The translations under genes were made by a program, and so were the position numbers. From Eledone cirrhosa (lineage: Eukaryota), in the NCBI GenBank assembly GCA_964016885.1, contig OZ024743.1, positions 87,916,001 to 87,980,000 of the forward strand: a stretch of DNA of 64,000 nucleotides, in the 5' to 3' direction. The notes beneath the pieces were generated by a model that saw only the letters and a program-made list of their open reading frames with translations, was not told the DNA's origin and made no database searches. Below are positions 43,842-57,755 of this stretch, piece by piece; within the stretch, counting starts at the first letter, position 1; every line of letters starts with the position of its first letter.

Positions 43842-43842
<1 letters not shown>
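43558..43842. mobile_element. hAT-like MITE inserted in (CA)n
   Basis: Ends CAGGGCCAGTG.. / ..CGCCGGCCCGG, with subterminal GCC(C/T)AGGC motifs. Confidence 0.6.
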
Positions 43843-43905
<63 letters not shown>

Positions 43906-44052
43906 GTACATACACACACATACACGACGAGCCTCTGGTTAACCTGTGGCTATAGTAAAGGACACTTGTCGAAGGTGACACGCAGCAGGACTGAACCGAG
44001 GACCATGTGGTTGTGAGGAGAACTCCTTAACGACACAGCCATGTCTGAGCCC

Positions 44053-44194
<142 letters not shown>

Positions 44195-44623
44195 GCTGAA
44201 TTAACGTCCATATGTGTGCCCCCTACTCCACCCCTCCCTATATAAGTAGTTGTAATTCAATACCTTATCTCTTCCTCTTTCATTATGATTCTCTCCCTTT
44301 ATTCCTTCCTCTTCCGTTAAGGAGTTTTATTTCATTCCCACTCTCTCCCATCCATCACCTAAAGGGGTGTAACATGACCCCTACGCAGATATTTGTTGTA
44401 GCAGCACTACTATTGCTTCTTGTACAAGCTGAATTTGAGTTTCTTCGTGTAGGGTGATCCTTCCCCACCCCATATACACGCATACCCCACCCACACGTTC
44501 CGAGGGTGCCGGTGTTGTGTTTGTATATATGCGTGTGTGCGAGTGTGTTTGTGTGTTTAGTGCGACTCTTGTATGCATGTATATATGTATGTTTTTATGT
44601 ATATATGTACGTGTGTGTATATG

Positions 44624-44656
<33 letters not shown>

Positions 44657-44796
44657 AAAGAAGTTTGACAAGTGTCGAAATCAACTTATATGACAAGAGG
44701 ATTTAAAGCTTAATGTGTTTGTACAATCATCAAAAGAGCATATACATACTTGATTCAATATATACACACATACACACACACACATATATATAGTTA

Positions 44797-44863
<67 letters not shown>

Positions 44864-45709
44864 ATATTGAAAAGAAGGAGCTAAGAGAAAATAACTCGAA
44901 GGCGCCAGTCTCATAAATATCGATAATAAAGTCGACCTAGTCGATTCGATGAATTCTTACGTTATTAATATTTCTTCCGTTGACAGAGAAGGTAAATAAT
45001 ATCCTAGCGGTGATTGTTAGCAACTTCAAAGGATAGGGAGAGATTAGTTTTATAAATTAAGAACAGATTCCCAATGAAATCTGATTTTCTTTTGGTTGTA
45101 AGAGACAGCAATGGACGCCTGTATCTACCTCGATAGACGTCATCAGCATGACAATGTCTTTCTTGCCTCTGAATCATGGTTGGATTTAGATCTTGGTGGA
45201 GCCCGAGGCACTTCAGGTTTGGAGGGCCCCTCAACACAAAAAAAATTAGAATGCACAGCAAACCGCCACAATTTTACATATCAAAGTTAGCTTGGCACAA
45301 GTAATTGGAATTGAAAAGTTGTACATACAGGTATTAAATACAAGAATTTTAACCATCCTAAAACTAAAAAACCCAGCTGAGGACAAATATAAATTGCTAC
45401 AGCCATCGCTGGTGCCCCCCCCCCCCCCACTGCAGGAGACCCAGGTCAATTGCTCCTTTTACCCCCTCCCTTAAATCCAGCTTTGATCCGAACAGAGGAG
45501 AATAGTATTGAAATAAACTAAAACTCCGGTTGTCACTCACAATCTATTGTGACTTAATAAGTAGTATGTACCATGCTTTCACTAAGGGTTTTATGTGCCC
45601 ATAAAGTGGCGAATAGACACAGGCATTCTTTTGACCCCCACTTCCTTGATCCAGCGGAACAACTAGAATGTGACAGCTAGAATAAGAGACGGCAGCACTG
45701 GGCTGGAAC

Positions 45710-46340
45710 TTTATTTAGCGACCTCGAAAGCATGAAAAGCAAAGTAAACTTCGTCGAGGTTTAAACTCAGAACGCAGTGACCAGGAACAAATATCCTACG
45801 TTATAACTATTCTGCCAAATCGGCCGCCATGGGTGGAAATAATCACCTCCATTTAATGACTCTTTGGCAGGACCTGAGGTGTTCCAAACTATTTTCTTCA
45901 AAAGTATTTTGCAAGTAAATAAAGTATATCTATAAAATGGAACATTCAACAGGGAAAGTAGTATAACATTTCCCAGCATCATTGACAGTCAATAGAAATG
46001 GTCCCGAATCATTGGATACATTGGGTACATTACCGCTGAACATAGGACCAACGTTTTTTTCTTTCACTGATTATTCCGAGTTCTGCAAAGTTACTGTGAC
46101 ATTACTAGGTAGAAAACCCAAAGAAATTTTGTCATTATTTCTAACATTAGCACAAGGACAGCAATTTGTGAGGGAAAGGGTAAGTCGATTATATTGAGCC
46201 CAGTACTTAACTGGTGCTTTATTTTATCGTGCCCAGAAACATGAAAGATAAAGTTGACTTCGGTGGGATTTGAATCCAGTCGTAACTAAATACCGTAAAG
46301 CATTTTGTCCGACTCTCTAACGATACTGCTCATCATCCAC
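45710..46340 (-). mobile_element. Two diverged family A SINEs (~45710-45828, ~46146-46340)
   Basis: ATGAAA.G..AAAGT..ACTTCG..G.G.TTT.AA reverse-strand body. Confidence 0.65.
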
Positions 46341-46910
46341 CCTGAAGAAAACTAAAGATAAATTGCTGAAATTGAGAATAATATGATACCGGTATATGAA
46401 ATTATCCAAACTTACGTACTTCACTCTTTAAATTTGACTGACGTGGAATAATGGAATGTGGGGAAATGGTTTCGACGGTTGTTGGATCAACGGAACAGCC
46501 TACTTGTGAATTAACGTCCAAGTGGCTGTACATTCCATAGACACGTGTATCCTTAACATAATTCTTAGAGAAACTCAGCGCGATACAGCGGGTTTCATGA
46601 CTGTTCTTTTTTAATTACAGGTACAGTCCAAACCGCGGCCTTTGAAACGGTTTCTACCTGTCCAGTTTCACACACAATGCTTGAGTGTCATATGCGAGGC
46701 TACGGTAAATGACACTTGCCCAAGATACCATCGGAAGGGGTCGAACCCGGGACATTATGATAGTAAAGCGAACATTTTAATTATTTGGCCATGCTGCGCC
46801 TACTTGGTCGATGTAAACTACTGAACATCGACTCAACTTCCCTCGGTCATGATTTTCATTTTTACAAACAATAGACACTTTAGAGACAGCAGGTGGTTGC
46901 TATGGCAATA

Positions 46911-46962
<52 letters not shown>

Positions 46963-47739
46963 TAAAATCAATGAGTTGATATAGCTAATAAAAATGCTGT
47001 GTCACCATCATACAACCACGTAAACCTTCCCACCCCCACAATCACCATCATCTCAGGGTGACATATGGCACTGTTTTGACTGTGACAACATGGCGTACAG
47101 TCAGCTGTTTTCTACATACATGCAATATATTAGGAGAGGTGGCGACCACTGTGAAAGAGGGTGGGGGCACGGTTGTAAGTTATATTGTATATATAGTAGA
47201 CGTGTGCGTGTCTCTTGTGATTTGCAGCATGTGTTTATCCGTGTGTGTTGTATATGTGTGAGGTCAGAAGAAATAGAGAGAGAGAGGAAGGAGATTTATG
47301 TATATGTGTACATTTTATATATATGTGTGAGTGTGTATGTCCCGAGGCCTGGGGCTCCTCAAGGCAGGTGCTTATCCCAGTTTCATTGGCGTTAAGTGAC
47401 TGAAAGTATACAAAACTACCCCATCCATGGACAGGACGCCAGTATTAACCCCTAGCTACTGCTAGGACTCATTTTCATGAGTGGCCTGGAACAACGTGAA
47501 ATGAAGTGTTTTGCTCAAGAACAAATCGCGCTATCATGTCCAATAATCGAACCCACGCCATTACGATCGTAGGTTTAACACCCTAACAACACATGTGAAT
47601 AAAACAATCCAATGATGGTATATATTAGTTTAACGCTTGATATTATGGGAGTAAAGAGTACTTAAGATGGCCTAGGGGGTTAAATATTTTATTAAATTTT
47701 TTTTTCTGTTTCTTACGCCCACATAATCCTAAGTGGATC

Positions 47740-48010
47740 ATGGGGACAGAATCCCCAGAGACTCCTTTCTGAGGGCCCTGTAGGAAGCAGCCATCAATAA
47801 ATAATCCGGCTGGATCCCTAAGCGAAACGCACCATGGGTATGTTTATTATCCAACTTGCTTGTGGTCTACTTCTGCCCCCCCCCCCCCCCCGTCAATTGG
47901 CTTTGCCTCTAAAATCTGCCCTGCGATTCTATCCTTAGACATTCTAACAGCATGCACGCATTACCAGAGCTGTGATCTCTCGATTCGGAAGCATAGCGGT
48001 TCTACTTGGG
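47740..48010 (-). mobile_element. RTE LINE 3' fragment (same family as 34486-35215)
   Basis: TAAAATCTG.CC.GCGATTCT.TCCT..GACATTCTAAC..CATGC..GAGCT.TGATCTCTC.ATTCGGA is shared with 34632-34712. Confidence 0.7.
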
Positions 48011-49389
48011 AGGACTCACTAATATTTTACTTATTAAACGTTTCACAGACACAAAAATCACGTCTAGTCGATTGTAAGTGATAAATCTTAGTATAGGGTG
48101 CATGTTTAACGAGTTCACTTCGACACCGCGGGGTTTGGGGTTCAATGCCACTTTGTGTTCCTACTATAGTTCCTACTATAGTTTCAGGCTGATCAATGTC
48201 TTATGAGGGAAATTTGGTTGACTTAGTCGTTTAGTTTACATATTGAGGCCCCAACCCATCCTATTTTATGACGTATAGGATTTCTAGTAATGTGCATTTT
48301 TATCATGTATAATGTTTTTAATGTATAGAGAAAATTAATTGTCGCAGGAATGCTACCTCTTAAAATAAAATTTTGCCGGGGATAGATTAATAACATTTAA
48401 TAAGTGTATGTGAGAGGGGGGGGGGGGGGTATTCGTGACCCGAGAATAGTTGTTCAGCCAAAACTGGTTAACTAAATCCCTTAACGGCAGTGTCTCAGCA
48501 TGGTCGTAGTTCAATGACTGAAACCAGTAAAAGAGTAAATGTGCGTATATGTGTGTGCGCGCGTGTATGCGTTTGTGTATGTGCGCGCACGCATGTGTCT
48601 GTGTGTGTATGTGTGTGTGTCTATACGGTTGCGTTTGTGTATTCTCAACACAAAATGCTTTGAGACCATTATCCATGATAGTGGCTTTCTACTTCCAGAA
48701 CTAGCACTAAACTATATCACGTGCGTGTGTGTAAGTGAATATATACTATGAATGTGTATATACAATGTGTTACATATATATTACGTGTGTGTAAGTGAAT
48801 ATATACTATGAATGTGTATATACAATGTGTTACATATACATTTTTCTGGCGCTCAACAGCATTCTAGTAACTTTCATCACTTCGTTTATCAGGAAAGGTG
48901 GGGGGGGGGGTGTTCGCTCTCTCTCTCTCTGCTTCTCTCTTTCTCATACACACACACACACAGTTTCCCCCCTCTCTTTCTGTCATACACAGACCAACAC
49001 ACTGTCTCTGTCCCTCACTCACTCTCACTCTCTCTCTCTCTGTCCCTCACTCACTTTCACTCTCCCTCTCTCTCTCGATCACACACTCTCTATCTATCTG
49101 TCTATCTATCTTTCTCGTTCTCGCAGACACACACAATCACTCTCTTTCTCCCCACTTGCTCTCTCACGTATGTATATAGTGAGTGATTACAGTATATACT
49201 GTAAGACAGCTAGATGTCAGAGATAAATACATGGCCTCATATTATCTTCTTGGTCGTCGCCGTCCTGTTGTCGACAGCAGAACTAATTCTAAAGTCATTC
49301 ACCACACTATTTCCACAGTCTTTCACAGTACTGCACTGTTTCACTGTCTCTCAGTTGTTCGTGAGAATTTCTTTGATAATCTCTATGAC

Positions 49390-49483
<94 letters not shown>

Positions 49484-49562
49484 GTGAACAGTTTTTCTTT
49501 CAAACCTTGAAAGAATTGAAAGACGACTGCGCTCCAGTTTGGTCGTTTTTATAAAGAAATTT

Positions 49563-49594
<32 letters not shown>

Positions 49595-49767
49595 ATCAAT
49601 GTAAACGTCTGTATGGAGCTAGTAAGCCATGGCAGACTAGCAGAGGTATCCCTTATAAATACGAAACAAAAGCAAAGGAGAGAAGACAGAGAAAAAGGAA
49701 GCAAAAGAAGCAAAAATTAGTAAAAAAAAAGCAGACAACAAAGACAGTTATAAAATAGTTAAATGAT

Positions 49768-49886
49768 TCTGTAGTTGAATCATTTCCTAGCCTCTCTGTA
49801 TTGTAAGATCTTGTTTATGGCTGGTAGATCTTTGACAATATATTGTACCTGCAACCTTAGTAGTTTTTAAAGACCAGCTTCAAGAT

Positions 49887-49971
<85 letters not shown>

Positions 49972-50203
49972 GGTAATTATTGCATTGAAACAAATAGTGC
50001 CAGGCAGTTTCTTGATAGTCTCCACAAGAGAGTGGTTCTATACAGCCTGTTCTTGATAAAAACTATAAAGCAACTAAGCATTTCTGTAATTGAATCATTT
50101 CCTAGCCTCCATTTACTGGAAGATCTTGTTTACGGCTGGCAGATCTTTGGCAATATATTGTACCGGCAGCCTTGGTAGTTTTTTAAAGACCAACTTCAAG
50201 ATG
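49768..50203. repeat. ~120-bp direct duplication (49768-49887 / 50083-50203) separated by (CT)n
   Basis: TCTGTA.TTGAATCATTTCCTAGCCTC...TTTTAAAGACCA.CTTCAAGATG occurs twice. Confidence 0.85.
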
Positions 50204-50275
50204 TCTTCTCTCCGAGACTGATAAATGCTTTTTGTTTTTTCATTTGTTCCACGTTTACTTTTTATTTTTGTGTAC

Positions 50276-50349
<74 letters not shown>

Positions 50350-50352
<3 letters not shown>

Positions 50353-50433
50353 TCCCGGGTTCAATCAGGGGTAACCACAGTAAATAAGGTAATGAAACAG
50401 TTCTAGTCCTGTAGAAGCCATTTCTATATTAAA
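50350..50433. mobile_element. Rearranged family Q copy in TA context
   Basis: 50355-50391 approximates the reverse complement of 25709-25745, and is joined to a direct copy of 25642-25682. Confidence 0.75.
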
Positions 50434-50767
50434 TTATATATAAGGGCAAACTGAAGTACAATCTTAGGTTTGTCAACGTACCTCTTTCTTCGTTTGAAGC
50501 CATGGCTGCCAACCGTAAATGATGGAGAACCGTCTACCACGAAGGTAACTTTGGGAAATATCGTTTAGCTCACCTCTGTGAGATAAGATCTGACACCAGA
50601 GTTCGGTCAAGCATTCCAGCCTACTCTGTTGAAGATCCTGTCACCTACACCAAATGCAGATTGATACGTAAATCAGCAGCTGGATTGAAGTGCCATTTGA
50701 GGCATAACCATAAAACAATGAACTGAAAAGACTGTTGAACCCTCATACGTCGAATCGACGGGAGAGT

Positions 50768-50803
<36 letters not shown>

Positions 50804-51152
50804 TAAATTTAGTCCTTCATCAGTGATCTTCCAACCTTCATTGGTATTTCATCGCTTTAAAGACCATATACCTCCAGTTGGTGCGAGCAACGGCTAAAGA
50901 AAGTTGTTGGGACACGTAAATAGGGGGAACGAGCGAGACTGTAAACAATCAAAGATGGTAATGCAACGAAAAGTGAGGAAGTCCCTGAAGTCGATGAACA
51001 TAAGTTCTGTGAAATCGTAGACGAGAGAGAATAAAGACCATACGACCTGGTCGAAGTGTGCGTGAGGAAAGAATCTCGCACAGGTCAAACGGGAGGAAGT
51101 AGGAGAGGGAGTAGCAGAGAGTGAGTGAGTGAAAGTGCGAGGAAGAGGCTAA

Positions 51153-51228
<76 letters not shown>

Positions 51229-52377
51229 TCATTTGGAAACTCGACAATGCGTGTTTGGTAAAAATGCCAAGGTAATAAGAATGTAGGTAGAGGAATAAAA
51301 AGAACACAGTGAACTGAAATAAAAGTGTAGGGACGATAGAAAGTTACCTTAGCAACTTTTAATGATCCCAAATATTTTAGGGTAGTCCGTAGGGGAAAAC
51401 CTCAGAGAGAAACTTGAGAACTGTCGTGGGTGGCTGTTTATTTTGAATTCAAAATAAATCATATATATGAGATTTCACACACAGTTAAATAGATTATTTT
51501 GTCACTTGCGGTGTTTTATATAAAGTTGTCATCTTCATTTTATAAATAATCTCGAATAATGTGGGTCAGGGTTATTAATCTCACTACGTCATGCAGTTTT
51601 ATTTTTCCTCACACACTCACTCTTTCTCTCGTTCTTTGTCTCTCTCTCTCTCTTCTTTCCCTATAGTTTTCCACAGACTTACTATTTGTTTCCACCTCTC
51701 TATCTATCTATCTATCTACCTCCTTCTCCTAAGCACGCACACATCCATGCACTCACCCGATAATCTCCTACCCGCTGTTTATAACCATAAGTGTTATAAA
51801 AAAAAAAAACGCCTCGTATATTTTAGTTTTCTCATCATCCTGTCCAAACTGTAGGACATAAGGAGGAAACCCAGGGCGTCAAGGGAGTAAATAGTGATGC
51901 ATTGTGAGCCTTTCTTTATCTCTTTTACCTTCCCTCTCTCTTTCTCTCTTTCTCTTTCTTTCCCTCCGTGTACGTAAGTGTGTCGGTTCGTGTACAAGTG
52001 TATTTGTGTGAGAAAAGGAAATAAACGCATGAAAGCATGACGGAGGCCCGACAGAGATTTCTGCTAGTCCAGGATTTGTTTTCTATATTTCATCCATGGT
52101 GTGTAGCTGTAAAGACGGAAGGCAAACGTCAGCAGACGACAGCAGACGATAGCAGACGACACTAGACGAGAGTAGACGTCATTAATCAGCAAGGAGATGA
52201 ACAGAAGTGACATATTCTTCATTTCAACTAATGTAAAGAGGAGATAGGGATCTGTGTGTGGGCAAGTTAGGGTTTCGTGTCCCCGTCACGGACACTTTAA
52301 CATATTCTTCTACCTGTCTTAATATATTTATTTTGCAGAGTGGCGCTGATGATTATTTTTATGGTGAGTACTGCCAC

Positions 52378-52890
52378 AGTGGTGGTGATGGTGGTGGTGT
52401 TGGTGGTGATGGAGAAGATGATGGTAGTGGTGTTGGTGGTGATGGTGAAGATGATGGTAGTGGTGTTGGTGGTGATGGTGAAGATGATGGTCGTGGTGTT
52501 GGTGGTGATGGTGAAAATGATGATAGTGGTGTTGGTGGCGATGGGGAAGACGATGGTGGTGGTGTTGGTGGTGATGGAGAAGATGATGGTAGTGGTGTTG
52601 GTGGCGATGGGGAAGACGATGGTGGTGGTGTTGGTGGTGATGGAGAAGATGATGGTAGTGGTGTTGGTGGCGATGGGGAAGACGATGGTGGTGGTGATGG
52701 AGAAGATGATGGTAGTGGTGTTGGTGGCGATGGGGAAGACGATGGTGGTGGTGTTGGTGGTGATGGAGAAGATGATGGTAGTGGAGTTGGTGGTGATGGG
52801 GAAGATGATGGTAGTGGAGTTGGTGGTGATGGGGAAGACGATGATAGTGGTGATGGGGAAGACGATGGCGGTGGTGGTGGTGGTGGTGGT
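52378..52890. repeat. 33-bp GGT/GAT minisatellite (GGTGTTGGTGGTGATGGAGAAGATGATGGTAGT)
   Basis: Direct tandem repetition. Confidence 0.9.
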
Positions 52891-53179
52891 GTGGATTTTG
52901 ATGACGACGGCGACAATGATGATAGAAGAGGTGGGAAGCGGGTATTTGAGACAAAGGTGGTGGGGTTGGAGATGGTAGAGGTAGTGGGGGAGACTCGATA
53001 ATAAAAAAAAAAGCAGCAGTCAATATGGATAAAACAATGATGTAGACGAAGAGAGACAAAAGGATACTGGTTATTGCCTCTAATGAGATTTGAAACTGTA
53101 TCAACAGTTCTTCTGTATATGGAAGTGTCGAAGAGGAACAAGGAAGACGAGTCTATGATACCTTTTAGTATCAGTTTAA

Positions 53180-53399
53180 CCCTTTACCATTTACATTACT
53201 CTATATATACTATTATATTTTCCTGGTAAAGGTTTTATCTCACATAATTATCTCATATAATATCAAATCTATGAGATTTTGAAAGTATTTATTTTGAGAA
53301 CAATACCTTCACATCAGTATGAGCGGGCTGTTACAGCCAGTTTAAACAGAAAGAGGTACAGAATTCTGGCCGGTTTTGGCTGGTTTGAACGTTAAAGGA
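53180..53399. mobile_element. piggyBac-like MITE
   Basis: TTAA|CCCTTTA ... TAAAGGA|TTAA termini. Confidence 0.6.
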
Positions 53400-53529
53400 T
53401 TAATATCTGATACGATGTCGATGTCATCGACGTTAAACTGATTTTTGGAAGTAGGTGAAGAGTTAGGAACTTCCACCTTTACCACGGGTTGGCCTGGTAT
53501 TGCAAAAGGGGTATTTAAAATATATGTGG

Positions 53530-55038
53530 ATTTTGTGTGTATGTTTGTGTAGAGACATGTTTGTGTCTATGTATGTGTAGAGATATGTTTGTGTCTATGT
53601 ATGTGGAGAGATATGTTTCTGTGTATGTATGTGTAGAGCAGTGGTTCTCAACGGTGGGCCCGGGACAATTTTGAGTGGGCCCGGAGAAATTTCAGTGGGT
53701 CTGGAAATTTTTTCAAACTTTCTTGGAACTTAAGATCACACAAAATTTAGATGCAGTCGGGATCATATGGGGGTAAGTGTTCCAGAATGCTCTTTGAGTA
53801 CTGACCCTGGCAATTTCTAGGGAGTAAAGTGGGCCGGGAGAACAAAAAAATTGAGAAGCACTAGTATATATATCATGTGGGGGTTATAGTCCGGAATAGT
53901 TTTTGAGCACTAGTTTACGCTTGTGAAATAAGTGGACCCGGACATTTTTCGGGAGCTAAAAGTGGGTCCGGGGTCAAAAAGGTTGAGAAACACTGGTGTA
54001 GAGATATGTTTCTGTGTATGTATATGTAGAGAGATGTTTCTGTGTATGTATATGTAGATATATGTTTCTGTGTATGTATGTGTAGAGATATTTTTCTGTG
54101 TATGTATATGTAGAGATATGTTTCTGTGTATGTATGTGTAGATATGTTTGTGTGTATGTATGCGTAGATATGTTTGTTTGTGTGTATGTATGTGTAGATA
54201 TGTTTGTGTGTATGTATGTGTAGATATGTTTGTGTGTATGTATGTGTAGAGAGATGTTTGTGTGTATGTATGTGTAGATATGTTTGTGTATGTATGTGTA
54301 GAGAGATGTTTGTGTGTATGTATATGTAGATATGTTTGTGTGTATGTGTAGAGAGATGTTTGTGTGTATGTATATGTAGATATGTTTGTGTGTATGTGTA
54401 GAGAGATGTTTGTGTGTATGTATGTGTAGATATGTTTGTGTGTATGTATGTGTAGAGAGATGTTTGTGTGTATGTATGTGTAGATATGTTTGTGTGTATA
54501 TATGTGTAGAGAGATGTTTGTGTGTATGTATGTGTAGATATGTTTGTGTATGTATGTGTAGAGAGATGTTTGTGTGTATGTATGTGTAGATATGTTTGTG
54601 TGTATGTATGTGTAGAGAGATGTTTGTGTGTATGTATGTGTAGATATGTTTGTGTGTATGTATGTGTAGAGAGATGTTTGTGTGTATGTATGTGTAGATA
54701 TGTTTGTGTGTATGTATGTGTAGAGAGATGTTTGTGTGTATGTATGTGTGTATGTATGTATAGAGACATGTTTGTGTGTATGTATGTGTAGAGAGATGTT
54801 TGTGTGTATGTATGTGTAGATATGTTTGTGTGTATGTATGTGTATAGAGATGTTTGTGTGTATGTATGTGTAGATATGTTTGTGTGTATGTATGTGTAGA
54901 GAGATGTTTGTGTGTATGTATGTGTAGATATGTTTGTATGTATGTATAGAGACATGTTTGTGTGTATGTATGTGTAGAGAGATGTTTGTGTGTATGTATG
55001 TATAGAGACATGTTTGTGTGTATGTGTAGACATGTTTG
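53530..55038. repeat. 26/28-bp alternating minisatellite (TAGA(GA)TATGTTTGTGTGTATGTATGTG)
   Basis: Direct tandem repetition. Confidence 0.92.
53639..53995. mobile_element. hAT (Charlie-like) MITE with 8-bp TSD
   Basis: TIR CAGTGGTTCTCAAC / GTTGAGAAACACTG; GTGTAGAG is duplicated at 53631-53638 and 53996-54003. Confidence 0.9.
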
Positions 55039-55164
55039 TGTGACTACAACTCAGCTGGTTTCTGTCTTCTCAACTTTCTTTGTCTTATGTTCCCTTATGA
55101 TGTTCTCTCTTTGTCACTGCCTCCGTCTCTCTCGCCCTCCCCATCTACAACTATTATAAGCAAA

Positions 55165-56550
55165 TGGGGGCCCACGCGCCGGCAGTCCCGGCGGTCAGAA
55201 GAGAGAAGGCGTTTCTTCGGAGGATGGAAGAGTCATTCCACCTCGCGAGGCTCACACCTGCGGGTAGTCAACTCCGTGTCGATGGTGCTGAGTAGGGAAA
55301 TGGTCCTAGGGTCAAGGAAACCAGAAGTCTCCACTGCTACGGGGTGTTGATGGTTGTGAGTAGGGAAATGGTCCTAGGGTCAAGGAAACCAGAAGTCTCC
55401 ACTGCTACGGGGTGTTGATGGTTGTGAGTAGGGAGGTGGTTCTAGAGCCAAGGACACCAGAAGTCTCCACTGCTACGGGGTGTTGATGGTTGTGAGTAGG
55501 GAGGTGGTTCTAGAGCCAAGGACACCAGAAGTCTCCACTGCTACGGGGTGTTGATGGTTGTGAGTAGGGAGGTGGTTCTAGGGTCAAGGACACCAGAGGT
55601 CTCCACTGCTACAGGGTGTTGATGGTTGTGAGTAGGGTGGTGGTCCTAGGGCCAAGGACACCAGAGGTCTCCACTGCTACAGGGTGTTGATGGTTGTGAG
55701 TAGGGTGGTGGTCCTAGGGCCAAGGACACCAGAGGTCTCCACTGCTACAGGGTGTTGATGGTTGTGAGTAGGGAGGTGGTCCTAGGGCCAAGGACACCAG
55801 CAGTCTCCACTGCTACAGGGTGTTGATGGTTGTGAGTAGGGAGGTGGTCCTAGGGCCAAGGACACCAGCAGTCTCCACTGCTACGGGGTGTTGATGGTTG
55901 TGAGTAGGGAGGTGGTTCTAGGGCCAAGGACACCAGCAGTCTCCACTGCTACGGGGTGTTGATGGTTGTGAGTAGGGAGGTGGTTCTAGGGTCAAGGACA
56001 CCAGAAGTCTCCACTGCTACGGGGTGTTGATGGTTGTGAGTAGGGAGGTGGTCCTAGGGCCAAGGACACCAGAAGTCTCCACTGCTACGGGGTGTTGATG
56101 GTTGTGAGTAGGGAGGTGGTTCTAGGGCCAAGGACACCAGCAGTCTCCACTGCTACGGGGTGTTGATGGTTGTGAGTAGGGTGGTGGTTCTAGGGCCAAG
56201 GACACCAGAAGTCTCCACTGCTACGGGGTGTTGATGGTTGTGAGTAGGGAGGTGGTTCTAGGGCCAAGGACACCAGCAGTCTCCACTGTTACAGGGTGTT
56301 GATGGTTGTGAGTAGGGAGGTGGTTCTAGGGCCAAGGACACCAGAAGTCTCCACTGCTACGGGCTCGCTAACCTATCAGAGAGCGAGCGATATTTGGAGG
56401 AGAGCTTACTTTCCTCGGCCCGAAGTGCAGCAAAGCCTAGGTTAGTCGCAGACTGCACCAGGTTGCCACTGGAGAAAGTGTCGGTGCATGTGACATTACA
56501 GATGATATTCTATATCTGTGAACAGGCACCACTGACCACTCAATCTCCCC
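55165..56550 (-). mobile_element. Decayed CRE-clade non-LTR retrotransposon, C-terminal RLE domain
   Basis: Minus strand NVTCTDTFSSGNLVQSATNLGFAALRAEESKLSSKYRSLSDR / PVAVETSGVLGPRTTSLL / EPREVE*LF..RRNAFSLL matches the WDVT..K..KY..F.P.A.ET.G..G...QR.S.A..RGNA layout of CRE endonucleases. Confidence 0.75.
55290..56363. repeat. 68-bp minisatellite, ~16 copies, derived from CRE RLE coding sequence
   Basis: Unit GAGTAGGGAGGTGGTTCTAGGGCCAAGGACACCAGAAGTCTCCACTGCTACGGGGTGTTGATGGTTGT; successive starts at 55290 and 55358. Confidence 0.96.
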
Positions 56551-57007
56551 CTGCCACACACACACACACACACTGTATACAGATGGTCAAATTTCACGGA
56601 CCATAACAATGTGTGGTCAACTGTTTAGAAATCTGGTTGGACATCTATAGTGATGGTAGTGATGGTGATGTTGCTGGTGATGGTGATGGTGGAGGGGGTC
56701 GTAGTGGTGGTGGTGATGATAGTGGGGGTTGTAGTGGTGTTGGTGGTGGTGGTGATGGGAGTGGTGGAGGTGTAGTAGAGGTGGTGGTGATGGTGGCGGG
56801 GTTTGTAGTGGTATTGATGGTGTTAGAGTGGGGGTGATGGTGGAGGGTGATTTAGTGGCGGGGGAGGTGGTGGTCGTAGTATTAGAGATAGTAATGATAC
56901 TGTGGTAGTGGGAGTAGTGATAATTACAGTGATTGTGTTGGTAGTGGTAGTGGTGATAGTTATAACGGTAGTTGGTGGTAGTGTCGGCAATAGTGGTGGT
57001 GGTGTTG

Positions 57008-57083
<76 letters not shown>

Positions 57084-57170
57084 GAGTAGTAGTGGTAGCA
57101 GTAATAGTGGTGGTGGTGGTGGTGGAGGTAGTGATGATAGTAGTAGTAGTAGTAGTAGTACCAGTAGTAA

Positions 57171-57228
<58 letters not shown>

Positions 57229-57424
57229 CAAGTAGTAGTAGTAGTGGTGGTGGTAGTAGTCAATCTGCCACTAAGTGTTGGTAATATGTTTTAAACCCTA
57301 GAGTTAACTCAGTGTCATTGTTCAGTGAACAACGCTGTCTCACGTACTTATTACATCTGGGAGATGATGGCTAATAATGGTGAGATTGTGACAGATCACC
57401 TCCATATAGACCCTTCTCTTCACC

Positions 57425-57720
57425 GTGTGTGTTAGTGACACTGTGTGTGTGTCAGTGACACTCTGTGTATATGTGTGTCAGTGTGTGTCAGTGACACTCT
57501 GTATGTGTCAGTGACACTGTGTGTATGTGTGTCAGTGACAGTGTGTGTAGGGGATCTGTGTGTCAGTAACAGTGAGTGTGTCAGTAACAGTGTGTATGTG
57601 TGTCAGTGACAGTGTGTGTAGGGGATCTGTGTGAGTGTGTGTGTGTCAGTAACAGTGTGTATGTGTGTCAGTGACAGTGTGTGTGTCAGTGATAGTGTGT
57701 GTAGGGGTTCTGTTTGAGTG
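57425..57720. repeat. GTGTCAGTGACA(C/G)TGTGT minisatellite
   Basis: Direct repetition. Confidence 0.8.
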
Positions 57721-57755
57721 TGTGTGTGTCTGGATGGGTGGATGTGTAAGTTTGT

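Noticed and set aside
45110-45150. Hammerhead at minus-strand CTGATGACGTCT..AGGCGTC
   Set aside because: The GAAA box is missing after the stem.
52258-53001. Gly/Asp-rich GVGGDGEDDGS repeat protein (biomineral/structural-like)
   Set aside because: It has the same composition as non-coding GGT/GAT repeats elsewhere and multiple frames are open. A TTTTGCAG acceptor exists at ~52338, but nothing else supports it; RNA-seq would be needed.
55160-55290. + strand exon KWGPTRRQSRRSEERRRFFGGWK in phase with the 28673 exon
   Set aside because: It is better explained as the antisense of the CRE RLE fragment; the acceptor is weak (AAG) and there is no good donor.
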